Positions 1 through 8,563 of a stretch of DNA of 37,761 nucleotides are shown piece by piece. This stretch comes from a virus (Duplodnaviria; Caudoviricetes): the IMG/VR virus record IMGVR_UViG_3300034095_000299, positions 1 to 37,761 of that record; one strand, written 5' to 3'. The position numbers and the translations under genes were made by a program. The notes below the pieces were generated by a model that saw nothing but the letters and a program-made list of their open reading frames with translations, made no database searches and had not been told where the DNA came from. Position 1 is the first letter of the stretch, and each line of letters starts with the position of its first letter.

Positions 1-230
1 TGTCAACCGCGAAGAAAGCACTCGACCAGTTCGGGACACCTGAACTTCGATCACTACTGAACGAATCCGGTCTTGGAAATCACCCGGAGTTCATCCGGTT
101 TATGTTCCGAGCGGGTAAGTCAATTTCCGAAGACCGCTACGTTGGACAGGCAAACGGTGCAGCCCCATCACAGGGACGGCCGCGAGACTTCGCCAGCCAA
201 GCAGCCTTCCTTTATCCCAAACAGTCCTAA
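1..230 (+). CDS. Capsid assembly/scaffold protein, 3' fragment (runs in from upstream of the window)
   Basis: Frame +3 is open from base 3 to TAA 228-230: ...KKALDQFGTPELRSLLNESGLGNHPEFIRFMFRAGKSISED...FLYPKQS*. The GLGNHPE motif and the position directly before the major capsid gene are typical of BPP-1-like scaffold genes. Not in the ORF track. Confidence 0.75.
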   Translation, partial: STAKKALDQFGTPELRSLLNESGLGNHPEFIRFMFRAGKSISEDRYVGQANGAAPSQGRPRDFASQAAFLYPKQS

Positions 231-249
231 TTCATAAGGAAACACTCTC

Positions 250-1275
250 ATGGCAGTAATCGCAAACAGTAACTCAAATTTGACTCTTGCCGATTGGGCA
301 AAGCGCACCGATCCGGATGGACGCGTCGCACTCGTGGCTGAACTCCTCTCGCAATCCAACGAGATCCTCGAAGACTGCGTGTACAAGGAAGGCAATCTGC
401 CAACCGGCGACCGCGTTGTCATTCGTACGGGTCTTCCAACCGCGTACTGGCGTTCCCTCAACCAAGGCATCCCGAACAGCAAGTCATCGACCGCACAGGT
501 TGACGAAGCATGCGGCATGCTTGAGGCTCGCTCCGAAGTTGACAAGGATCTCGCAATGCTCAACGGCAACACGGCTCAGTTCCGTTTGTCCGAAGACACC
601 GCGTTCCTTGAGGCGATGAATCAGACCCAAGCGCAAACTATGTTCTACGGCAACCCTGCCACCGACCCAAAGCAGTTCCTTGGTCTTGCCACTCGTTACT
701 CGTCCACCTCGGCTGGCAACGGAACGAACATCATCCCCGGTGGTGCATCGTCCGGTTCGCTCAACACCTCGGTGTACCTCGTTGTGTGGGGCGACAACAC
801 CGTGTACTGCCCGTTTCCTAAGGGTTCCAAGGCAGGACTTCTTCACGAAGACCTCGGCGAGCAGACTGTGTATGACGGTGCGAACCGCATGCAAGCCTAC
901 GCAACCCGCTACCAGTGGAAGAGCGGTCTTGTTGTGAAAGACTGGCGTTACGTTGTCCGCATCCCAAACATTCTTGTTGCTGACCTTATTGGTGGCACTG
1001 GTACGCAAGCCGCTACTAACGCATTCCAACTGACCAAGTTGATGATGCGTGCGATGTACAAGATTCCGAACCTTGATTCGGGTCGTGCAGCGTTCTACAT
1101 GAACCGTACCGTTCACAGCGGTTTGGCAGTTCAGTCCCTTGACCGTTCACAGGCTGCGTTGGCCGTTCAGCCAGCACTGTCGCAGTTCGGTACTGCTCGT
1201 AATTACCTGTCGTTCCAGGGTATTCCGATCCGTCGCGTTGACTGCCTGTTGAACACCGAAGCCGTTGTCTCCTAA
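250..1275 (+). CDS. Major capsid protein (BPP-1 Bbp17-like)
   Basis: 341 aa; TLADWAKRTDPDG, RTGLPTAYWRSLNQG, GMLEARSEVDKDLAMLNGN, RLSEDTAFLEAMNQTQA and DWRYVVRI match my recollection of the Bbp17 family; SD AAGGA at 236-240. Confidence 0.9.
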   Translation: MAVIANSNSNLTLADWAKRTDPDGRVALVAELLSQSNEILEDCVYKEGNLPTGDRVVIRTGLPTAYWRSLNQGIPNSKSSTAQVDEACGMLEARSEVDKDLAMLNGNTAQFRLSEDTAFLEAMNQTQAQTMFYGNPATDPKQFLGLATRYSSTSAGNGTNIIPGGASSGSLNTSVYLVVWGDNTVYCPFPKGSKAGLLHEDLGEQTVYDGANRMQAYATRYQWKSGLVVKDWRYVVRIPNILVADLIGGTGTQAATNAFQLTKLMMRAMYKIPNLDSGRAAFYMNRTVHSGLAVQSLDRSQAALAVQPALSQFGTARNYLSFQGIPIRRVDCLLNTEAVVS

Positions 1276-1303
1276 ATTTACTTCCTAGAAAGGAATTACC
1301 AAA

Positions 1304-1798
1304 ATGATGATTGATCAACTCTCAGTTGTTGCAGGAACAGTTCCCGCAACTGGTTCGATGACCGGACTCGCACTCGGGACTGGTGCGGCTGCAACCGCCG
1401 TGTCAACCGACGCGATTGACTTGGGTATTGCTCGCGATGTCGGTGAAGGACAGGAATTGTTCTTCATGATCCACGTTATCGCTGCTGTTACTGGTGCTAC
1501 CTCGGTGCAGTGGGATGCGATTTACGCAACCGACTCTGCATTGACCACTGGCGTCATTGTTGGCGGCTCAACCGGAGCAATTCCAATTGCTGCGCTGACC
1601 GCTGGTTCGGTACACACGATTTCCGTGAATCCGGTTCTTCGATACAACGCAACCACGGAATCGTCCAAGGCTGCTCGGTATCTCGGACTGCGCTACATCG
1701 TCATTGGAACGGCATCTGCCGGTTCCTACTGTGGCTACATCACGCTCACTCCGCAGGACGGCAAGAAGTTCTACGCCTCCGGATTCACCGTTGCGTAA
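1304..1798 (+). CDS. Capsid cement/decoration protein (Bbp16-like)
   Basis: 164 aa, beta-rich; MMID...STDAIDLG...RYLGLRY...YASGFTV; immediately after the capsid gene; SD AAGGA. Confidence 0.8.
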   Translation: MMIDQLSVVAGTVPATGSMTGLALGTGAAATAVSTDAIDLGIARDVGEGQELFFMIHVIAAVTGATSVQWDAIYATDSALTTGVIVGGSTGAIPIAALTAGSVHTISVNPVLRYNATTESSKAARYLGLRYIVIGTASAGSYCGYITLTPQDGKKFYASGFTVA

Positions 1799-1811
1799 TT
1801 AGGATTCAACC

Positions 1812-2027
1812 ATGCCAATGTATCGCGCCAAAGTTAAGTGCTACATCGACAATTCCGTCCGCGAGGAAGGTGATGTCTTTGAGTACAACGGAGATTCAAA
1901 TGACTGTGTCGAATTAGTGACAGGCACAGGTAACGGCGAGCCAACGGTTGATGCTTCCGGAAGGAAGTGGAAAGCCAAGGGCAAGCGTAAGTCTTCGGAT
2001 GATGAAGCGGACGTTGACGAGGGTTGA
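1812..2027 (+). CDS. Small hypothetical protein of the head module
   Basis: 71 aa, SD AGGA at 1801-1804; basic then acidic C-terminus; followed by a terminator. Confidence 0.7.
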   Translation: MPMYRAKVKCYIDNSVREEGDVFEYNGDSNDCVELVTGTGNGEPTVDASGRKWKAKGKRKSSDDEADVDEG

Positions 2028-2050
2028 ACCTTTGATTTGATTTGCCGCAT

Positions 2051-2090
2051 GGGGGGAGTCGCTGGGAAACCACGGCTCCCCCTTGTTTCT
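2051..2090 (+). terminator. Intrinsic terminator after the capsid/cement genes
   Basis: GGGGGAGTCG...CGGCTCCCCC stem followed by TTGTTTCT; expected position for lowering expression of the lower-copy tail genes. Confidence 0.7.
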
Positions 2091-2103
2091 AGGAGGTCGC
2101 ACA

Positions 2104-2784
2104 TTGAGTTCAGAAGTCGATATTTGCAACCTAGCACTATCACACATCGGGGATGAGGCGACAGTCTCAAGCATTGACCCACCTGAAGCATCGTTTCAGG
2201 CAGGTTTGTGCGCCCGTTTCTACCCCATTGCTCGCGACTCCCTGCTGCAAATGCACAACTGGAACTTCGGTTCTAAGCGTGTCAATCTTGCACAGGTAAC
2301 CAACGTGTGGCCGGAGTGGGAGTACGCATACGCAGTGCCTGGTGACTGCGTGACCATTGTCAGTGTGCTGCCCCCTGACGCTGCCAACGACTACGCGACG
2401 CAGTTCGTCCCTACCGACAGCCCGTCATTTGGACACAACTACTCGCCGCTCATTGCGGCAGGTCAGTACGTCCCGCAGCCGTACGCCGTTGAGGCTGACA
2501 CCCTTGGTGCGGGTGTGATCTACACCAACCAGGCGAGCGCAATGCTCCGGTATCAGTCCCTTGTGTCTGACCCAACCAAATTCACGCCGCTGTTCGTGAT
2601 GACGTTGTCTTGGCACTTGGCATCAATGCTTGCAGGGCCGATCATCAAGGGCGACACCGGGTCAGGTGAAGCGAAGCGATGCCTACAGATGATGGCTGGG
2701 TATCTGTCTCAGGCGCGAACAAGTGACTCAAACATGCGAAACATCAAGGTGGAACACATCGTTCCCTGGTCAGCAGGAAGATAA
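2104..2784 (+). CDS. Head-tail adaptor (tail tubular protein A-like)
   Basis: Start revised to TTG 2104, 7 nt after AGGAGG 2091-2096; SEVDICNLALSHIGD, HNWNF and WEYAYAVPGDC are typical of this adaptor family. Confidence 0.8.
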   Translation: MSSEVDICNLALSHIGDEATVSSIDPPEASFQAGLCARFYPIARDSLLQMHNWNFGSKRVNLAQVTNVWPEWEYAYAVPGDCVTIVSVLPPDAANDYATQFVPTDSPSFGHNYSPLIAAGQYVPQPYAVEADTLGAGVIYTNQASAMLRYQSLVSDPTKFTPLFVMTLSWHLASMLAGPIIKGDTGSGEAKRCLQMMAGYLSQARTSDSNMRNIKVEHIVPWSAGR

Positions 2785-2786
2785 AC

Positions 2787-5723
2787 ATGCCGATGACACG
2801 CACCTTCTTCCGTTCGTTTGCCGGCGGCGAGTTGTCGCCTGAGATGTTTGGACGCATTGACGATGTCAAGTTCCAAACTGGGGCGGCAAAGTTGCGGAAC
2901 TTCATTGCCATGCCGCAAGGCCCGGCAGAGAACCGACCCGGAACAGCGTTTGTGCGAGAGGTCAAGAACAGCGCAAAGCGAACTCGACTGATCCCGTTCA
3001 CCTACAGCACAACGCAAACGATGGTGCTTGAACTTGGTGATGGGTACATCCGCTTCCACACGCAGGGTGCGACGCTGTTGGTTGGCACTCCAAGCGCATT
3101 CAGCACAACAAAGACCATTACGGCTGTTGATATTGCCACAGAAACTGTGACAAGCAACGCGCACGGCTATGCAAACGGAACACCAATCCAAATTGCAGCC
3201 ACAACAACAATTCCAGCAGGTTTGTCTGCCCTCACAACTTATTATGTTGTTGGCGCAACCACAAACACATTTCAATTCTCTTTGACTGTTGGTGGAGCGG
3301 CAATTGATATTACAAGTACTGGTGCTGGAACAATTACGACAAACCAAGTTTATTCTTTGGGCGATCTTGTAAGTTCCGGTGGGTCAAACTATTACTGCAT
3401 CCTTGCGTCAACAGGCAATCTGCCAACCAATGCAACGTATTGGTATCTGATTCCTTCAGCCGCATACGAGATCCCTACCCCGTACGCAGAGGCTGACCTG
3501 TTCGACTTGCACTATGTGCAGTCTGCCGATGTGCTGACCATCGTCCACCCAAACTACGCACCACGCGAGTTGCGCCGGCTTAGTGCAACAACGTGGACGC
3601 TGTCAACGATCTTATTTGTGTCGCCAGTTGCAGCACCTGCTGCGCCAACGGTAACTGCTAATCGCGGTCGATCCATCAACATTTTGAGTATTACAAACGC
3701 CGCAATTGCGGTGATTGAAACAGTTGCCGACCACAATTTGGCTCTTGGAGATCCGGTTGAAATTAGCGGTGTTCTTGGAATGACAGAGGCAAATGGATTT
3801 TGGATTGTCCATAAGAACACGCCTGGCGATAAATTAGAAGTGCAGTCTTACACGACAGGTGAACACTTTGATAGCACTAATCCACCTGTTGGTATTTACA
3901 CAAGTGGTGGAAGTATTCAGTACGCCAACCAGTCGCAAGAACTTGACAACTTCTATGTCATTACATCTATTGCAACAAACGGGTTTGACGAAAGTGTTGC
4001 TAGTCCTTCGGGGACAGTATTCAATAACTTGAATGTGACGGGCGCGTCGAATGATTTGACATGGACGGCTGTGTCAGGGGCATTGCGATACAACATCTAT
4101 AAGAAGCAAAATGGTTTGTATGGTTATATCGGACAATCCGATACCAATTCGTTTACTGACAACAACATTGCGCCTGACATGGGAATCACGCCTCCCATCG
4201 TTGACCCGGTGTTTATGTCGGCAGGGAACTACCCACAAGCCGTGAGTTATTTCGAGCAGCGTCGGGTGTTTGCCGGCACAACAAACGAGCCACAAAGCAT
4301 GTGGATGACGCGCTCAGGAACCGAAAGCGACATGTCGTACTCGCTTCCTGTCAAGGACGATGACCGAATCAACTTCCGTGTCGCAGCGCGAGAAGCAAAC
4401 ACCATCCGTCATGTCATCCCGTTGACACAGTTGATCCTCCTGACCAGCGCAGCGGAATGGCGCGTCAGCCCGGTGAACAGCGATGCGATCACACCAACCA
4501 CGGTGTCTGTGCGTCCGCAGTCGTACGTTGGCGCAAGCAACGTGCAGCCTGAGATCATCAACAACAGCATGGTGTACTGCGCTGCAAGAGGCGGTCACGT
4601 TCGCGAACTCGGCTACTCATGGCAGTCGAACGGGTTCATCACTGGCGACCTGTCGATCCGCGCTGCACACCTGTTCGACAACTTCAACATTGTTGACATG
4701 TGCTACGCCAAGTCGCCGCAGCCACTCTTGTGGTTTGTGTCAACGACAGGCAAACTGCTTGGGCTGACCTATGTCCCTGAACAGCAGATCGGTGCATGGC
4801 ATCAGCACGACACCGACGGCGTGTTTGAGTCCTGCACCGTTGTCGCAGAAGGCAACGAGGATTCCCTGTACGTCATTGTTCGACGCACTATCAACGGCAA
4901 CTCGGTGCGATACGTTGAGCGGATGGCAACTCGGCAGGTCAACCTGCTCAAAGACTGCTTCTTTGTGGATGCGGGATCGACGTTTAACGGCACAAACTCG
5001 ACCGCGACAACTGTTACGGTGACGGGTGGCACGACCTGGGGGCCGGCAGACGTACTGACAATTACCGCCTCCTCAAGCCTGTTCGTGTACCCCGGAACCA
5101 CCGATGTCAACGATGCCATTGTGTTGACAGATTCCACAGGTGCTTCCTACCGCCTCAAGATCCTCGCTACGAGTTCCGCGACTGTGGCAACAGCCAAGGT
5201 GGACAAGGTCATTCCGGTCGCTCTCAGGGCAACTCCGACCGCTGTGTGGGCATTTGCACGGGACACGGTCAGCGGACTGTCGCACCTTGAGGGTAAGACG
5301 GTCAGCATCCTTGCCGACGGGGCAGTGATGCCGCAGGTAGTGGTGACCGGAGGGGTAGCAGTCCTTGAACGTGCATCGGTAGTGGTTCACGTTGGTCTGC
5401 CGTACCAAAGCGACCTACAGACCCTGCCGGTGGCATTGAACATTGACGCATTTGCGCAGGGGCGCGTGAAGAACGTCAATCAGGCATGGATTCGGGTGTT
5501 CCAATCGTCGGGTGTATTTGTCGGGCCTGACGCAAACAAGTTGACAGAAGTCAAGCAACGCATTACCGAGCCGTACGGTTCACCGCCAGCCCTGAAGTCC
5601 GATGAAGTCAGCGTTGCTATGACCCCGACATGGGCGCAGTCCGGTCAAATCTACATTCGGCAGAGCGACCCGCTCCCGCTGACCATTGTCGGCATTACCA
5701 CAGAGATTGTTGTCGGCAGTTAA
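2787..5723 (+). CDS. Tail nozzle (tail tubular protein B-like) with inserted accessory domains
   Basis: 978 aa; SFAGGELSPEMFGRID, RLIPFTYS, YVQSADVL, YPQAVSYFEQR, GAWHQH, QSDPLPLTI; follows the adaptor gene. Confidence 0.85.
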   Translation: MPMTRTFFRSFAGGELSPEMFGRIDDVKFQTGAAKLRNFIAMPQGPAENRPGTAFVREVKNSAKRTRLIPFTYSTTQTMVLELGDGYIRFHTQGATLLVGTPSAFSTTKTITAVDIATETVTSNAHGYANGTPIQIAATTTIPAGLSALTTYYVVGATTNTFQFSLTVGGAAIDITSTGAGTITTNQVYSLGDLVSSGGSNYYCILASTGNLPTNATYWYLIPSAAYEIPTPYAEADLFDLHYVQSADVLTIVHPNYAPRELRRLSATTWTLSTILFVSPVAAPAAPTVTANRGRSINILSITNAAIAVIETVADHNLALGDPVEISGVLGMTEANGFWIVHKNTPGDKLEVQSYTTGEHFDSTNPPVGIYTSGGSIQYANQSQELDNFYVITSIATNGFDESVASPSGTVFNNLNVTGASNDLTWTAVSGALRYNIYKKQNGLYGYIGQSDTNSFTDNNIAPDMGITPPIVDPVFMSAGNYPQAVSYFEQRRVFAGTTNEPQSMWMTRSGTESDMSYSLPVKDDDRINFRVAAREANTIRHVIPLTQLILLTSAAEWRVSPVNSDAITPTTVSVRPQSYVGASNVQPEIINNSMVYCAARGGHVRELGYSWQSNGFITGDLSIRAAHLFDNFNIVDMCYAKSPQPLLWFVSTTGKLLGLTYVPEQQIGAWHQHDTDGVFESCTVVAEGNEDSLYVIVRRTINGNSVRYVERMATRQVNLLKDCFFVDAGSTFNGTNSTATTVTVTGGTTWGPADVLTITASSSLFVYPGTTDVNDAIVLTDSTGASYRLKILATSSATVATAKVDKVIPVALRATPTAVWAFARDTVSGLSHLEGKTVSILADGAVMPQVVVTGGVAVLERASVVVHVGLPYQSDLQTLPVALNIDAFAQGRVKNVNQAWIRVFQSSGVFVGPDANKLTEVKQRITEPYGSPPALKSDEVSVAMTPTWAQSGQIYIRQSDPLPLTIVGITTEIVVGS

Positions 5724-5735
5724 CAGGAGAAAGAC

Positions 5736-6464
5736 ATGAGTTCATTTGCATACGCAGCATCGTCAAGCAGCCTGATGAACATCCTTGGTTCGTCGGCAAC
5801 CCCTGCCGGGTACAGCGCGGGTGGATCAACGCTTCCTGCCGTTGGCGGTGCAGCCGGCACAAGTTGGACGAGCGGCGAAGCACTGATGATGGGCGGTTCG
5901 ATCATGTCGGTGTTCGGTGCTGTCAACAGCGCAATCGGTTCGTTCTACGCCGCTGACAGTCAGAAGACGCAACTCAAGATGCAAGCGCAGAACCAACGGT
6001 TTCAGGCGCAGATGTCAGCGATTAACGCTCGCGGTGCTGAGATGCAAGCGCAGCAGTCGCTTCTCGCCGGCGAACGGGCAATCGGTCAGTACACGATGGG
6101 TGCAGGTCAACGCCGCGCATCCGCTACCGCGTCAATGGCAGCGAGAGGAATTCAGGGTGGTGTCGGCAGTGCGCGTGAGGTCACCGCAAGCATGGACTTG
6201 ATCAAGGAAATTGACAAGTTGACCATCAGTTCTAACGCCGTACGTCAGGCTGAGGCAGCGCGAGCGCAGCGGATCAACTACATCAACCAAGGTGTGATCG
6301 CGGGTACAAGCGCGAACAACCTCATGGCTACCGCTGGCACAATCAGCCCGTACTCCAGTTCGTTTAGCAGTCTGCTTGGTAGTGCCTCAAGTATCGGGTC
6401 AACGTGGGCTACACAGCGTCGTATGGATGAACTTATTGCAGCGCAGTCACAGCGCAGATTCTGA
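5736..6464 (+). CDS. Small internal virion (ejection) protein
   Basis: 242 aa, Ala/Gly/Ser/Gln-rich with a hydrophobic N-terminal segment and a coiled-coil-like middle; SD AGGAG; first of three ejection-protein positions. Confidence 0.65.
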   Translation: MSSFAYAASSSSLMNILGSSATPAGYSAGGSTLPAVGGAAGTSWTSGEALMMGGSIMSVFGAVNSAIGSFYAADSQKTQLKMQAQNQRFQAQMSAINARGAEMQAQQSLLAGERAIGQYTMGAGQRRASATASMAARGIQGGVGSAREVTASMDLIKEIDKLTISSNAVRQAEAARAQRINYINQGVIAGTSANNLMATAGTISPYSSSFSSLLGSASSIGSTWATQRRMDELIAAQSQRRF

Positions 6465-6505
6465 TAAAAACCGCAAACCCGTCGAAATCCACGGGATTAA
6501 ACACC

Positions 6506-8563
6506 ATGCCAACAGTCCCAACATCGTTTGTGCCACAAGCCGACATTTCATCACAAGCGGGTGTCGCACCGTTTGAGGCAACGCCCGGTCAGCCAGCACA
6601 GAACCTAGCAGCGGGTCAAGCGGTCGAACTTGGCAACGCATTGGTGCAAGCCGGCAATGTGGAGTACCGCATTGGCGCGATCATGCAGGACAACCTGAAT
6701 GACGGCAACGCCAAACAGGCTGAGACACAGTGGTTGACACAGGCGCAAGACGTGCTGCGCGGTCAGAATGGTTATTTCAACTCGTACGGCAAAGATGCCG
6801 ACACCAAGTATCAGGCAACACAAGACGCGCTGTCAGCGTCTGCAAACGCGGTGATGGATGGACTTGGCAATGACACGCAGAAGGCGATGTTCATGCAAGC
6901 CACTTCCCGGAACATGGCTCAGTTCCGTGGGCAGATGCTTGACCACAAGAGCAAAGAAGCATTTCGGTTTGCTACAAACGAGTCACAGGCTCGCGCAGTC
7001 AACTACATCAGTAACGCCGTCAACGAGTACCAATCACGCGGTCAGGTTGACCAAGACGGTCAGCCAACTGGCGCGTTCAACGCGAGCGCAATGACTGCAA
7101 TCAATGAAACGCGGGAATACGCCAAGAGCGTTGGCATCCCATTGAACTCGTTTCAGATGCTTGAGATGGAGCGCGGCGTAACTACTGCTATCACAGGTGG
7201 CGTTGTCAATCGGCTTATGCTCAATGACGAATACAAGGCCGCGCTTGATTACGTTGTTAGTCAGAAAGAGAACGGCCTCATTGACGAGAAAGCAGCGCAA
7301 AGCCTGTTGACATCAGTTTCAGCAAACCGCGACCGACAGATGACAAGCGAGATTGCCGACAGCATCTACGAACGCGGGACGCTTGACACACCTGCCGGAA
7401 CAGCAAACTTTGAATCGCCTGTAAAGGGTGGGGCAATTACCCTTGTCACTCGACCTGGCAAGGATGGCGAAACGCTTCCTGTTGGCGTGTCAATTACTGC
7501 TGAGGTTGACACTCCTGTTGTCAGCCCGTCGGACGGCATTGTCATTGGCAGGGATGGCAAGGAAACCGTGATCAGAATGGATGACGGGTCAGAGGTGTTT
7601 CTTGAAGGTGTTAGCGACACCGAGTTATTTGAGGGTCAACGATTAAAGCGAGGCGAAGCAATTGGTTCCTTTGCCAAGGACACCCCGGTGTCATATCGAA
7701 TCGTTCGTAATGGTGAACCAATTGACATTCGTAACGTCAACTCCCTTGACCCAACCATGAACAGGGATGCCACTCGACGGCCGCAAACCGAACAAGAGGC
7801 ACTGGCTATTGCAGGGTCAATTGATCGACGCGAGATTAGGGATGCTGTCAAGCAGCGAATCAGTCAGCGGTATTCGCAAGACCGCGCAATGGCAGCGCAA
7901 GAGAACCAGCGCGTTGTTGAGGCAGTTACACGGGCGCAACTGACAGATCCAAATGCTATTGATCCGGCATTGTTTGCCGCTCTCACACCAGCCCAACAGT
8001 CTGATGTCATTGGATACAAGCGCAAAGCAAATGACATGGACATCATGCTTCAAATTGCTGAAAACCCAAGAATTCTTACTCGCCAATTTGTGTTTGACAA
8101 CAAGTCAAAGTTGACCAACGAAACATTTATTAAACTACTCGACCAAGTTGGCAGCGGCAAACTTATTGAAGCAACAGTTGATGCTGACCTAGTCAATGCA
8201 ACACTTGCTGCTAGTGGCTTTAAGTTGACACCTGAACAAAACTTGCAAATGCGCGTCAATATTGAAAATAAGATTTACGAAATGCAATCAGATACAGGCA
8301 AGAAGTTAGATCGCGACCAAAAGCGAATGATCATTGACGCAACAATGGCTGACACCGTAGTTAAGCCGGGTTGGATTTGGGATAGCAAGCCTATGCCGGC
8401 TGCTATTTACACGCCTTCTGAATTGGAAGGTCAAATGGTGACGCTTAATCCTGCACGACGAGCGGCAGTCAACAGGTACTTGCAATCCGAGGGCATCAAG
8501 AATCCGACTCCTAGTCAATTTGAAGCGGCATGGAAAACATTGCGTAAAATAGGAACTAAATGA
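6506..8563 (+). CDS. Internal virion (ejection) protein with a degenerate M23/LytM-like domain
   Basis: 685 aa, mostly helical; segment ~7406-7740 follows the M23 pattern but lacks the Zn ligands. Confidence 0.65.
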   Translation: MPTVPTSFVPQADISSQAGVAPFEATPGQPAQNLAAGQAVELGNALVQAGNVEYRIGAIMQDNLNDGNAKQAETQWLTQAQDVLRGQNGYFNSYGKDADTKYQATQDALSASANAVMDGLGNDTQKAMFMQATSRNMAQFRGQMLDHKSKEAFRFATNESQARAVNYISNAVNEYQSRGQVDQDGQPTGAFNASAMTAINETREYAKSVGIPLNSFQMLEMERGVTTAITGGVVNRLMLNDEYKAALDYVVSQKENGLIDEKAAQSLLTSVSANRDRQMTSEIADSIYERGTLDTPAGTANFESPVKGGAITLVTRPGKDGETLPVGVSITAEVDTPVVSPSDGIVIGRDGKETVIRMDDGSEVFLEGVSDTELFEGQRLKRGEAIGSFAKDTPVSYRIVRNGEPIDIRNVNSLDPTMNRDATRRPQTEQEALAIAGSIDRREIRDAVKQRISQRYSQDRAMAAQENQRVVEAVTRAQLTDPNAIDPALFAALTPAQQSDVIGYKRKANDMDIMLQIAENPRILTRQFVFDNKSKLTNETFIKLLDQVGSGKLIEATVDADLVNATLAASGFKLTPEQNLQMRVNIENKIYEMQSDTGKKLDRDQKRMIIDATMADTVVKPGWIWDSKPMPAAIYTPSELEGQMVTLNPARRAAVNRYLQSEGIKNPTPSQFEAAWKTLRKIGTK

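Noticed and set aside
6478-6495. CCCGT/ACGGG hairpin upstream of the 685-aa gene, partly like the CCCGTA motif
   Set aside because: Only 5 bp, no U-tract, and it lacks the 13-nt motif and the spaced TAnnnT hexamer.
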